From a virus (Duplodnaviria; Caudoviricetes): DNA of 62,801 nucleotides. Of this stretch, positions 49,283 through 58,874 are shown in pieces. The position numbers and the translations under genes were made by a program. The notes beneath the pieces are model-generated. The model did no database searches and had not been told where the DNA came from. It worked only from the letters and a program-made list of their open reading frames with translations. The first letter of the stretch is position 1. The number at the start of each line of letters is the position of its first letter. Location of the stretch: the IMG/VR virus record IMGVR_UViG_3300031460_000001, positions 1 to 62,801 of that record, one strand, 5' to 3'.

Positions 49283-50485
49283 TTGAGCACCCTGCAGACA
49301 AAAGGCTTTTCGCAAATCGTCGGGTCTATCGCGGCCGGGATGCAGGGACGGATCACGTCCCGGTTCCTGAACTTCGCGATCGGCTCGATGCTGCGCGGCT
49401 TGGCGGAAGCCGTTGCCGGCGTCGCGCTATGGCTGCAGAAGGAAAACCTAGACACTGCCAAGCTGACCCGGCTGGCGACGTCCTACGGGACCGACGTCGA
49501 CAGCTTCGTAGCGGACTTTCCGCTGTCCGGCGTGACCCGCCTCGCTGCGCAATCCGCGACGGGGCTTTGCACGTTCGCCCGCTACACGGCTTCGGGCGCG
49601 ACCGTCTATGTCCCGGTCGGGGCGACCGTGCAGACGGCCGATGGATCGCAGCGGTTCCAGGTCTATGCCGATTCGTCGAACGGCGCCTATGTGGCGTCCT
49701 ACGCGGCTCCAGGATCGCTTGTGGCGACCGGCGGCTATGCCATGCCGGCACAGGTCGGAACCGTCACGGCGTCGGTCCGTAGCGTCACCAACGGCACGAC
49801 GGGAGCGCCAGGGGCAAACGGCAATGTGGCGGCGGGCGCGATCACCAATATCGCGTCCCAAACCTTCGGCGTCGACACGGTCACCAACCCGTCAGCCTTC
49901 ACCAACGGGATCGACGTCGAGTCCGACGCATCCGTGAAATATCGGTTCGGCCTCGCGGTCCAGGGCCGCGGCGGCGGCACGGTCCCGGCTTACCTATCGG
50001 CCATCGCCAATCTCAAGGTCGGCATGACGGCCACGGTGCTGCAGGGCCAGAACCTCGACGGCACCACGAACCTCGGGATGGTCTCCGTCATCGTGGACGA
50101 TGGATCGGGCGCGATCTCCTCCGCATTGCTGGCTGCGGCACAGTCGGTGATCTCGAGCGATACCAGTGGCGTTCGGGCGGCCGGCATCAGGACCGGCGTC
50201 TATGCGGCCGTGACCCTGCCCATCAACGTCGTCATGCAGGTTACCAGCCTCCCCGGCTACATCCATCAGAACGTGGTTGCCGCGGTGGCGGCGGCGCTCG
50301 GGCTCTACATCAACGGGCTCGGGCAAGGTGCGACGGTCGGCTATTTTCCCCTCGCCGGTGTGGCTCAACGTGTCACCGGCGTCGGCGAAGTCATCCCGTC
50401 TTCCTACGCGCTGAACGGCGGCACGGCCGATATCGTCGGGACGCCGCAGAACACCCCAAAATCCGTGAATCTTGTGATTTCCTGA
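49283..50485 (+). CDS. Baseplate J-like protein
   Basis: R..A..ATG...F; G..GNV.AG.I; V.N..AF.NG.D.ESD; V.VDDG.G. Confidence 0.88.
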   Translation: MSTLQTKGFSQIVGSIAAGMQGRITSRFLNFAIGSMLRGLAEAVAGVALWLQKENLDTAKLTRLATSYGTDVDSFVADFPLSGVTRLAAQSATGLCTFARYTASGATVYVPVGATVQTADGSQRFQVYADSSNGAYVASYAAPGSLVATGGYAMPAQVGTVTASVRSVTNGTTGAPGANGNVAAGAITNIASQTFGVDTVTNPSAFTNGIDVESDASVKYRFGLAVQGRGGGTVPAYLSAIANLKVGMTATVLQGQNLDGTTNLGMVSVIVDDGSGAISSALLAAAQSVISSDTSGVRAAGIRTGVYAAVTLPINVVMQVTSLPGYIHQNVVAAVAAALGLYINGLGQGATVGYFPLAGVAQRVTGVGEVIPSSYALNGGTADIVGTPQNTPKSVNLVIS

Positions 50486-50486
50486 C

Positions 50487-51260
50487 GTGGCCGTCATCGA
50501 CAGCACCGAGATGCTCCGGCGTCTCCGCAGCATCGTCCCCCACGGATGGTTCGGCGACGTCGCACCGATCCGGGACATCGTCCTCGGTGGCGTCGCGGAC
50601 GCGCTGGTGTGGGCTCGGGCGCAAGGTCAGGTCGTACGGGCCGGTACACGGCGCGCCGGCACAACCGGATGGCTACTCGGTATCGACGCCTACGGGTTCT
50701 TCGGCACGACTTTCCTGCGGCGTCCAAGCGAGTCCGACGATGCTTGGCGCAAGCGCTTCACCGATGAGATCTTCCGGCCTCGCGTCACCCGGCATGCGAT
50801 CGACAAGGCGCTGTTTGATCTCACCGGCCGTCACCCGATCATCGTCGAGCCGTGGAGCGCGGGTGACTGCGGCGCTTACGACATCGGCGCCCTGGGATAT
50901 GCGGGCAGCGATTATGCTCCGGCACCAGCGGCTGGATACGACATCGCGGGCGCCTACGACATTGGTGTCACGTCCTACGATCCCTTGAGTGGACCGAGCG
51001 GCGGAAGCTATCCCGGCCTCGGATGCTGGGGATCTCTTGAACTGCCCTATCAGCTTTTCGTGACGGCCTTCCGCCCCTTGGGCGGCGGCATCCCGAATGC
51101 CTCTGGCACCGACACGGGAGTCCAGGGCTACGACATCGGCGCCTTTCGCTACACGGACCAAAGCGAGGTCCGATCAACCGTGAGCGATGCCGAGATCCTC
51201 GCATGCGTGGCGCGAACCGCGGCGGCCGGTGTCATCGCCTGGACCGCCATTTCGAACTGA
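50487..51260 (+). CDS. Baseplate wedge (gpI-like)
   Basis: R...T.GWL...A..FFG....R...ESD...R.R...I; follows J. Confidence 0.7.
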   Translation: MAVIDSTEMLRRLRSIVPHGWFGDVAPIRDIVLGGVADALVWARAQGQVVRAGTRRAGTTGWLLGIDAYGFFGTTFLRRPSESDDAWRKRFTDEIFRPRVTRHAIDKALFDLTGRHPIIVEPWSAGDCGAYDIGALGYAGSDYAPAPAAGYDIAGAYDIGVTSYDPLSGPSGGSYPGLGCWGSLELPYQLFVTAFRPLGGGIPNASGTDTGVQGYDIGAFRYTDQSEVRSTVSDAEILACVARTAAAGVIAWTAISN

Positions 51261-51283
51261 GCTTCACAACCTACAGGTAAACC

Positions 51284-52894
51284 ATGGATCGGCCCGTCAC
51301 CTATTTCGGGCAGGTCCCGCGGTCGCTCGATGTCCTGACGGTGGGGCAGGACGCGATGGTGGGGCTTGCGAAGCTGTCAGAGGCAGCCCTCGGCACCTCG
51401 TCGGCGGTCGCGGGCTTCGCCTGCACGGGCACGACCCCGGCATCGCTTAACGTCGTTGTCGGCCCTGGCCAAGTCTACCAGGTCGCAAACCTGGAGGCCA
51501 CGACAGTATCTGGCCTCCAGGTCGACACGCATCAGATCCTGAAGCAGGGCATCAATCTCGATCCGACGACCTTGACGCTCGTGCCGCCGACCACGGTCGG
51601 TTTCGCCGTCAACATCCTCATCGAAGCGCGGTACGCCGACGTTGATACCGGCGGCATCGTGCTGACGTTCCAAAATCCATCGGTTCCCGGACAGACATTC
51701 CAAGGGCCGGGAGGCAATGGCCAGCAGTCGAACACCTTTCGCAAGGGTATCGCGACCGTACAGCCCAACTACGGCACGCCGGCCACGTCGGGACAGCAGA
51801 CGACACCCGTTCCTGACGCCGGTTTTGTCGGTATCGCCGTCGTCACGTTGGCTTATGGTCAGACGGCCATCACATCGACCAATATCGCACCCTACAGCGG
51901 CAATGCGAACTACATCCCGACAACGTTGACGGGTGTCCCGGCCGGTGTGCTCAGCGGTACATGGACCTTCGGGACAGCTTCCGGAACGAACGCTTACGCG
52001 GCAACACTGTTTTCGACAGCGGCCTATCCTTTCGCGTTTACGACCGGGATGGAGATCCTGGTCTATTTCGCAAACGCGAACACGACCACGACTCCCACGT
52101 TCAGCGCCAATGGAACCGGTCCCAAAGCCATCGTTCGTCAGGGTGGCGGTGCTCCAGCGGTGGGCGATGTTTCGGGCTGGGTGCCCTTTGTTTACGACAG
52201 CGCAAATTGGCGGATCAATAGCCTCGTCGCGTCCGACATCCTCGCGCTGATCTTCGCCAACGGCATCGTTGGCCGCACTCAGATTTTCATCGCGTCCGGC
52301 ACTTTCACGGTGCCGGCGAATGTGACCCAGGTCGAGGTCGAGATCGTCGGCGGCGGCGGTCCGGGTGGCCCGTCATCGGACGGGTCCGGCAGCGGAAACT
52401 CAGCCGGCACGGCGGGCGGCGGCGGCGGCGCGGGCGGCTACGCCTACAGACGTATATCCGGCTTGACGGCAGGCCTGGCGATTGCCGTTACGGTGGGGGC
52501 CGGTGGAGCCGCCGTCACAACGGTCAATGTGCCAGGCCCAGCGGGCGGCACGTCGTCCTTCGGGTCCTATGCCTACAGCACGGGCGGCGGCGCAGGCCCC
52601 TCCGGTCTCAACGCCTATGGGGTCGGCGGACCCGGCGGACAGGGCAACGGCGGCGATCTCAACATCGCGGGTCAATCTGGTGGAGCGGGCGGTCCGCCGC
52701 CGACCTACAGCGCCAACCTTCCCCTCTACACCTGGAACAAGGGCGGCATTCCGGCACGCGGCTTCGGCACCTTTCCGAGCTACGGCACGGCCACGGGCGG
52801 CTCGGGGTACGGCCCCGGCGGCTCGGGTGCCTCCGGCGGCTCGGCAATCGCCGGCGCGGCGGGCAACAGCGGCCTGATCATAGTGCGCTGGTAG
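51284..52894 (+). CDS. Tail fibre protein with glycine-rich domain
   Basis: MDR...Y.GQVP; SGTFTVPA.VT....E.VGGGG.GG; ends G.IIVRW. Confidence 0.8.
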   Translation: MDRPVTYFGQVPRSLDVLTVGQDAMVGLAKLSEAALGTSSAVAGFACTGTTPASLNVVVGPGQVYQVANLEATTVSGLQVDTHQILKQGINLDPTTLTLVPPTTVGFAVNILIEARYADVDTGGIVLTFQNPSVPGQTFQGPGGNGQQSNTFRKGIATVQPNYGTPATSGQQTTPVPDAGFVGIAVVTLAYGQTAITSTNIAPYSGNANYIPTTLTGVPAGVLSGTWTFGTASGTNAYAATLFSTAAYPFAFTTGMEILVYFANANTTTTPTFSANGTGPKAIVRQGGGAPAVGDVSGWVPFVYDSANWRINSLVASDILALIFANGIVGRTQIFIASGTFTVPANVTQVEVEIVGGGGPGGPSSDGSGSGNSAGTAGGGGGAGGYAYRRISGLTAGLAIAVTVGAGGAAVTTVNVPGPAGGTSSFGSYAYSTGGGAGPSGLNAYGVGGPGGQGNGGDLNIAGQSGGAGGPPPTYSANLPLYTWNKGGIPARGFGTFPSYGTATGGSGYGPGGSGASGGSAIAGAAGNSGLIIVRW

Positions 52895-52903
52895 GAGACC
52901 GAC

Positions 52904-53407
52904 ATGTCCAGTTCCGCCCCCATCGGCGCCCAAATCATCGCCCGTATCGTCCAGGCCCTTATCCCGCCACACCCGGACGGCCATCCGCTCGAGGAATGCT
53001 TCCCGAACGTCGGCTCTCTCGACGCCGGCTTCAGCGGCATCGTACCGATCCCGTCCGGCACCAAGGTCACGCCGGGAATGACGTATGACGGCAAGGCGTT
53101 CGGCCCGCCGCCACCGGCTCCACCACCCGCGCCGCCACCGCCTCGGCAATTCACCGGCACGCAGATCAAATCCGCGATCCACGACCTCGGGCTCGATGCC
53201 TTCTTCTCCCAGGCCGTCACAGCGGTGCAAGCCACGAAGCCGATCGATGCCTGGTACTTCAACGCCATCACGCCGAACGACTTCTATGCCGAGAACAACG
53301 CCAAGCTCGGCAGGATCAGTGCGCGCGCCGCTACCCTCGCCACTGCCGCTACCCCGCCCGTGACGTTCACACTGGCGACGGTGTTCGACAAAGCAGCCAC
53401 CGAGTAA
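52904..53407 (+). CDS. Tail fibre assembly-like protein
   Basis: V.PG.TYDG..F.PP after the fibre gene; AGGAG RBS. Confidence 0.55.
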   Translation: MSSSAPIGAQIIARIVQALIPPHPDGHPLEECFPNVGSLDAGFSGIVPIPSGTKVTPGMTYDGKAFGPPPPAPPPAPPPPRQFTGTQIKSAIHDLGLDAFFSQAVTAVQATKPIDAWYFNAITPNDFYAENNAKLGRISARAATLATAATPPVTFTLATVFDKAATE

Positions 53408-53450
53408 CGGCCAATCCATTCCCGGCATTTCGCCGAGAACCAACGGAGGA

Positions 53451-54170
53451 TTGCTCATGCACTCCGTCGATCAAATGCTTGCGGATTTTGCCGATCACTT
53501 TCGGACAACGCGCGAGCATCAAGCACGTCACTCCACCAGATTGGACGATCTCATGACCTTCGCTGAACGCCTACTCACGGCCTTTAATCATCTTGCGGAC
53601 AAGGTGTCTGAAGGAAATGCCGCCCTTACGGCCAACATTACTGCCCTCACCACCATGAAAGCCGATAACGACGCCCTAAAGGCCGCCGCTGCCTCGGCAA
53701 AGTCCGACCACGAGGCGCTCGCGTCTCAGGTCGCGGACCTCACCACGAAGAACGCCGACCTCGAAAAGAAGGTGGCGGAAGAACTCGACCCGGCAGCTGC
53801 GGAAGCCATCGTGTCGAAGATCGAATCCATCACCGGACCGGTTGCGGATACGACCCTGGCATCCTCGGGCTCCGCTTCGTCCACCATGGCCCCGACCGCG
53901 CCCGTCGTCACCACGGCCGGGTCCGCCACGGTGATCGTGGTACCTGCCGCGTCGAGCACTTCGGGCATCGATCCGGCCACGGGCACTTCTGTCGCGCCGG
54001 GCACCACGGCCCACAGCGATACCTCGACGGGTGTGACCACGACGGTTCCGCATGACGGCAACGCGCCGACGGCGGTGGCTGCTTCCGGCGCCGCCGTACA
54101 GCCCGAACCGGCCGTGGTTCAGGCTGCGGTCGCGGCGAGTGCGGCGGCAGGCGTGAAGGTGGCAGCGTAA
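53451..54170 (+). CDS. Hypothetical coiled-coil + Ala/Thr-rich protein
   Basis: GGAGGA RBS; followed by a terminator. Confidence 0.6.
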   Translation: MLMHSVDQMLADFADHFRTTREHQARHSTRLDDLMTFAERLLTAFNHLADKVSEGNAALTANITALTTMKADNDALKAAAASAKSDHEALASQVADLTTKNADLEKKVAEELDPAAAEAIVSKIESITGPVADTTLASSGSASSTMAPTAPVVTTAGSATVIVVPAASSTSGIDPATGTSVAPGTTAHSDTSTGVTTTVPHDGNAPTAVAASGAAVQPEPAVVQAAVAASAAAGVKVAA

Positions 54171-54189
54171 CAATCGACCTCAACGCGAT

Positions 54190-54219
54190 GGGCGGGCTTC
54201 GGCTCGCCCTCTTCTTTTT
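54190..54219 (+). terminator. Intrinsic terminator
   Basis: GGGCGGGC-TTCG-GCTCGCCC followed by a T-rich tail. Confidence 0.7.
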
Positions 54220-54231
54220 GAGGGATGCAAA

Positions 54232-54798
54232 ATGCTCCACGATCTTGCCCTCGCGGCCCTCGTGCCATGTTTGGCCTTCATCCACCGTGTCCGTGGCGGG
54301 CTGTTCCCGAACTGGCACCCTCTGAAATCCACCTACTGGATCTGGACCTTCGTCGCCGCCCTAGCCTTCCTGGCTGGCGACGCATGGCCCGTCGCGCTAG
54401 CTTGGGGTCTGGGCTACCTCGTTTGGACCTTGCCGGCGTGGATGTCCGTCCTCACACGAGCCGTGGGCGTTCCAGTACCGGCCGGGCAGATCATGGGCTC
54501 GGGATGGGATGTCAGGCTCGTCGATGCCATGAGCTTCGGCAGTCCCAAGTTCGGCTGTTGCGTGCGGGCAGCGGTATTCCTACTACCGCTTGCGGTGGCG
54601 CTGGCCTGCCTCGACGTCTTCGATGGTGATGGCTCGTTGCTCAACATTGTGCCGCTGCTCATCATCGTGGCGGCTTTCCTGCCGAGCTACATCATCGGTT
54701 ACCGGCTTCGTCCGACCGACATGTCCAGTATCGCTGAATGGATCGTCGGCGCGAGCTGGGGCGCTGCGATGCTACTAACCTTTGCGGGTTCATTTTGA
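54232..54798 (+). CDS. Multi-pass membrane protein
   Basis: About 5-6 hydrophobic segments; HRVRGG; EW.VGA.WG. Confidence 0.65.
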   Translation: MLHDLALAALVPCLAFIHRVRGGLFPNWHPLKSTYWIWTFVAALAFLAGDAWPVALAWGLGYLVWTLPAWMSVLTRAVGVPVPAGQIMGSGWDVRLVDAMSFGSPKFGCCVRAAVFLLPLAVALACLDVFDGDGSLLNIVPLLIIVAAFLPSYIIGYRLRPTDMSSIAEWIVGASWGAAMLLTFAGSF

Positions 54799-54803
54799 CT
54801 ACT

Positions 54804-55277
54804 ATGACCGCCGTTGCACCTGCATCTCCCGCCTATCTCGCCGCCACATGGCGTTACGTAGGCGACGACTGGTCTGGATCGAATGCTCTCATCTATCAGG
54901 TGTGGACCACTCCGCCTGTTCCGGCGGTCTATGCTGCCGACGGCGTGACGGTCGTGACTCCGGCTGTGGCGGGCGTACCTTATAACCTCACGGGATGTGC
55001 GGTGTCGGGAACGCTGCGCTACACGCCGCGGCCGTTCGGTGCATCAGGCGCGGTCCCGTTCAGCGGGTTAGCGACGCCAACGGGATCCATCGTCGGTGCG
55101 CCGACCGCAGGCGCCATCGCGCTATCGGTCTTGCGAGGCACCACCGTCGGCATCCCGCGCCAGGACATGAGCGGCTATGGCCAGCCTGGCACGTCGCTAT
55201 TGCTGGCGCAGCCGATGATTACGGACGCGACGGGCATGCTGGTGACGGTGGGCGTGCAACCCGTATGGGTATTCTAG
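54804..55277 (+). CDS. Hypothetical (BppU-N-like) structural protein
   Basis: GD.W...YNLTGC.V...LR pattern; weak. Confidence 0.45.
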   Translation: MTAVAPASPAYLAATWRYVGDDWSGSNALIYQVWTTPPVPAVYAADGVTVVTPAVAGVPYNLTGCAVSGTLRYTPRPFGASGAVPFSGLATPTGSIVGAPTAGAIALSVLRGTTVGIPRQDMSGYGQPGTSLLLAQPMITDATGMLVTVGVQPVWVF

Positions 55278-55278
55278 C

Positions 55279-55758
55279 ATGGTCGCGGGGTCGACGCTCT
55301 ATCCGCAAGGAATTACGGGGGCCGCCGTTGGGCAAGCCTCGATCTCCGTGACCACTGCCGCTGAGCAAGGTCCGGCCGGGCCTCCTGGTGCTTCCGGCCC
55401 CACAGGTCCTCCAGGAGCCATTCCGGTCTACACGGCGGGTGCCGTGCTATCTGGCGACAAGGCCTTGATGTTCTCTGGCTCCGGCCTCGTGATCCCGGCC
55501 GATCCGACCCAACCCGGCTACGTCTACGCCGGGATTGCCACGAACGCCGCGCAGTCCGGCGGCACGGTCGCGGTCGTGACGTCAGGCGACATCCAGGCGG
55601 CATTCTGGTCATGGATCTCCGGGTTACCAGTCTTCGCTGCACCCGGAGGGAACCTGACGCAGGCGCCGCCGACCTTCGGCCGCTCGCATCTCATCGGATG
55701 GGCGCTCGACGCCCACACGATCCACCTCGCCCCCGATCCCGTGATCCCGATCATCTAA
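55279..55758 (+). CDS. Hypothetical structural protein with short collagen-like repeat
   Basis: QGPAGPPGASGPTGPPG; GIA..AA..G..V.V...G. Confidence 0.6.
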   Translation: MVAGSTLYPQGITGAAVGQASISVTTAAEQGPAGPPGASGPTGPPGAIPVYTAGAVLSGDKALMFSGSGLVIPADPTQPGYVYAGIATNAAQSGGTVAVVTSGDIQAAFWSWISGLPVFAAPGGNLTQAPPTFGRSHLIGWALDAHTIHLAPDPVIPII

Positions 55759-55771
55759 TAAGGACATCCCC

Positions 55772-56272
55772 ATGACCATTCGCTTTGTTCAGCGCGTCGC
55801 CGGCGTTCTCACCGACTTGGCCGCCGCCGTAGTGGCGACCTCCAACTCCATCGTCGCCACCAACGCGGCCGGTACCATCGACCCGTCGTTCATGCCAGCA
55901 GGCTTCGGCGCCGACGTCGTGACCGCTACGGCGTCCGAGGCTTTAGCGGCTGGTGCCATCGTCAACCTGTGGAGCAACGCCGGCGCCGCTGCGGCCCGCA
56001 ACGCCGACGCCGGCACCGGCGCCGCCGGCAAGAAGGCATCCGGTTTCGTGCAGTCCGCCGTGGCGTCCGGAGCGATCGCAAACGTCTACCGTACCGGCAT
56101 GAATACAGGGCTCACTGGATTGACACCCGGATCTGACTACTACCTCGGCGCGTCCGGGGCCGTGACCATCACGCCGCCCTCCACGAGCGGTACGACATCG
56201 CAGTACGTTGGAACGGCAATTTCGGCGACCGTGCTCGACGTGCAGCCACAGACCCCAATCGCCATCAACTGA
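55772..56272 (+). CDS. Hypothetical structural protein
   Basis: ASEAL.AG..VN...A.GFV..AV..G...GLT.G..YYL...Q.VG.A.SAT. Confidence 0.65.
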   Translation: MTIRFVQRVAGVLTDLAAAVVATSNSIVATNAAGTIDPSFMPAGFGADVVTATASEALAAGAIVNLWSNAGAAAARNADAGTGAAGKKASGFVQSAVASGAIANVYRTGMNTGLTGLTPGSDYYLGASGAVTITPPSTSGTTSQYVGTAISATVLDVQPQTPIAIN

Positions 56273-56282
56273 TTCCTAACCC

Positions 56283-56744
56283 GTGGCAAATCTTCCTGCA
56301 CTCACGATCTCCGCTGGGCAGGTCCGCACCGCTACGGCGACCGACACCATCGTGGGAGCCGTCGGCTACGGGGCGATCCAGTCCCTCTCGCAGGTGCAGC
56401 AGGCGCAAGCGCTCTCAAACCTCGGCCTTGACGTCACCAGGGTCACGGCCAATCCGCAGTCCGGCGCCGCCTACACGCTCGCACTATCAGATGCGGGGGA
56501 GGTGGTCGAATGCACGTCGGCATCCGCCGTGGCGGTCACGGTGCCGCTGAACGCGACGGTCGCCTTCCAGGCAGGTACGGTGGTCGAGGTGCTGCAATAC
56601 GGCGCCGGTCAGATCACATTGAGCCCCGCCTCGGGCGTCACGCTCAGGACCCCGTCGAGCCTGACGAGCCGGGCGCAGTATTCGTCGCTGTCGCTGCGCT
56701 ATCGCGGCGGCAACGAGTGGGTCGTTGGCGGGGATCTTACCTGA
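56283..56744 (+). CDS. Tail-fibre-associated protein
   Basis: QAQA..NLG; YTL..SDAG...VTVP....AF..GT....Q.GAG...W...GDL. Confidence 0.65.
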   Translation: MANLPALTISAGQVRTATATDTIVGAVGYGAIQSLSQVQQAQALSNLGLDVTRVTANPQSGAAYTLALSDAGEVVECTSASAVAVTVPLNATVAFQAGTVVEVLQYGAGQITLSPASGVTLRTPSSLTSRAQYSSLSLRYRGGNEWVVGGDLT

Positions 56745-57517
56745 TGCCCCGGCCCTTAATGTTCGGGCGTCGGAGCCTTCGCCATCGCTTCCTCTGGACG
56801 CCGTTGGCCCTCGGCTCGACGCTGGTGGCATGGTGGGACCCGGCTACTGGCGTAACGCAGGCGGGTGGCTCCGTTTCGACGTGGACGGATCGCGTCAGCG
56901 GACTCGTGGCGAGTCAGGCGACAGCGGCCAGTCAGCCCACGATGACAACGCTCAACAGCAAGCCACGACTGGCCTTCAATGGATCGCAATCGCTAGCGTT
57001 CAGCGGCGCGACATTGCCGCAAGGCACAGCCGTCACGGGCCTGTTTGTGGCAGCTTCGTGCGCGGCAACCGATAGCATTTTCCGCTCTCCCTTTGGCTAC
57101 GCGGCGGACAGCCATACGGCGCGGCTCTTCTACGCCAATCCAACAGCCGCATTCGCCAATGCGGGCGGCCCGGATAACAGTACAGGCATATCGTGGGCGA
57201 ATAATGAATTTTTCGCGGAAGCCATAATCGACGTATCGAGTATCGTCACGGTATTGCTCGATGGGACACAGTACGTCAACACGGCACTTGCCCAGGTCCC
57301 GCCAGGAGGCAGCCAAGCGGGCGGGATTGGCGTGTGGCCATCCTATGGATCGGCGTGGGTAGGCACGGTCGCACAAATCCTCGTCACCGGGACACTGACG
57401 CTGAGCCAGCGGCAGAAAATCGAGGGATGGGAAAGCTGGGCTGACGGGAAAGCCGGATCGAACCTGCCTGCCAGCCATCCCTACAAGGTTCGCGCCCCCT
57501 CGGTTGGCGATCCATAG
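56744..57517 (+). CDS. LamG/concanavalin-like carbohydrate-binding protein
   Basis: WTP..L....AWWD...V..W.D; QPT; F.G; RQKIEG.......LP..HPYK. Confidence 0.65.
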   Translation: MPRPLMFGRRSLRHRFLWTPLALGSTLVAWWDPATGVTQAGGSVSTWTDRVSGLVASQATAASQPTMTTLNSKPRLAFNGSQSLAFSGATLPQGTAVTGLFVAASCAATDSIFRSPFGYAADSHTARLFYANPTAAFANAGGPDNSTGISWANNEFFAEAIIDVSSIVTVLLDGTQYVNTALAQVPPGGSQAGGIGVWPSYGSAWVGTVAQILVTGTLTLSQRQKIEGWESWADGKAGSNLPASHPYKVRAPSVGDP

Positions 57518-57555
57518 TCTGCCCACGATCCAAACCCATACAAGACAATGCATCC

Positions 57556-58584
57556 GTGAGCGTCACCATGTCAGTTCAATCCGAAGTCGACTTCCTCACC
57601 GCCGGAATCGCAATGCTGCAACAGCGGCTTGCGCTCATCAGGACGCCAGCCTCGGCGTCCGTCCCCGTTCCGGCGAGGAAAGGCGTCCCCATCGCCTTTC
57701 CCGGCGTCAACATCGCCAGTGCCGAATTCGCGTCCGACAAGCTGCCCGGTACAATGGGGCAGACCTACCTCTATCCAGACGATTGGGTGATCACGCCATG
57801 GGCCGCCAAGGGCGTCAAGCTCGTTCGCATCCCGTTCCTGATCGAGCGGGTCCAGCCTCAGAACCATGGTGAGTTCTCCGCTCCCGACATCGCGGCGCTC
57901 GATCGCATCGTGGCGACCGCTGCAGGTGCTGGACTGACGGTCGTCCTCGACGCCCATAATTACGGACAGCGCGCCGGGGCCAAGATGGACGTCGATGACG
58001 CTCCGAACTTCTGGTGGCGCATGGCGACGCGCTACCGCGACGCTTCCAACGTCATGTTCGGCGTCATGAACGAGCCCTCGGCATGGTCGCCGACTGACTG
58101 GCAGGTGACGCTGCGCAAGTGCGTTCACGGAATCCGGGTCACCGGGGCAAAACAGACCATTATGGCGCCTGGCGCTGGCTGGAACGGCGCGCACGACTTC
58201 GTCACGGGCGGCAACGCCGCGGCGTTCACTGGCTTCACCGATCCCCACTTCATGATCGAGGTCCACCAATATCTCGATGGCGACAATTCCGGCTCGCATC
58301 TGCAAGAGTACGTCGCTGGCAAGGGCTCCAGTGTGTTAGCCGACATCACCGCATGGGCGCGATCCAAGGGTTTCAAGCTGTTCCTCGGGGAATTCGGCTT
58401 CGCCATGCCGGCCGGACAGGTCGAGGCGACCGCCATGCTGAAGTTCATGACGGACAACAGCGACGTGTGGACCGCTTATGCGATCTGGGCGGCCGGGCAA
58501 TGGTGGGGCGACTATGCGTTCAGCGTCGAGTCCGGCGTAACCGATAAGCCGCATCTGGCGGTCTTGCAGAGCTTCATAGCCTGA
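57556..58584 (+). CDS. Glycoside hydrolase family 5 (endoglucanase/cellulase-like)
   Basis: GVN.A.AEF; RIPF..ER.Q; LDAHNY; MNEP (acid/base Glu); EVHQYLD; LGEFG (nucleophile Glu); WAAG.WW.DY. Confidence 0.9.
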   Translation: MSVTMSVQSEVDFLTAGIAMLQQRLALIRTPASASVPVPARKGVPIAFPGVNIASAEFASDKLPGTMGQTYLYPDDWVITPWAAKGVKLVRIPFLIERVQPQNHGEFSAPDIAALDRIVATAAGAGLTVVLDAHNYGQRAGAKMDVDDAPNFWWRMATRYRDASNVMFGVMNEPSAWSPTDWQVTLRKCVHGIRVTGAKQTIMAPGAGWNGAHDFVTGGNAAAFTGFTDPHFMIEVHQYLDGDNSGSHLQEYVAGKGSSVLADITAWARSKGFKLFLGEFGFAMPAGQVEATAMLKFMTDNSDVWTAYAIWAAGQWWGDYAFSVESGVTDKPHLAVLQSFIA

Positions 58585-58874
58585 AGCTGTTCGTATCGCG
58601 TCGTGACCGATGCCAGCCTCGGCCTAGCGGTCGACGCTGTCACGTTCCAATGGGCATGACTTCGCAGTCGCACTAACATGCTCCAAGCCGATACCTACAC
58701 CTGCGCAAGCTGCCGGCGTGTGTTTCGGCCGGGCGATCACGATCGTGCCGCAGCCGAAGCGGTGCGGACCTGCGCTGGCGTCGCGCCCGAGGATTGCTCG
58801 ACCGTGTGCGACACCTGCTTCAACGAGATCTGGCTCGACGTGTTCGGCGTCAAGCCGCCGGGCGTAGTGCTGCA

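Noticed and set aside
51284-57517. Diversity-generating retroelement or invertible tail-fibre cassette
   Set aside because: No reverse transcriptase or invertase gene, and no template/variable repeat pair or inverted repeats seen by eye.
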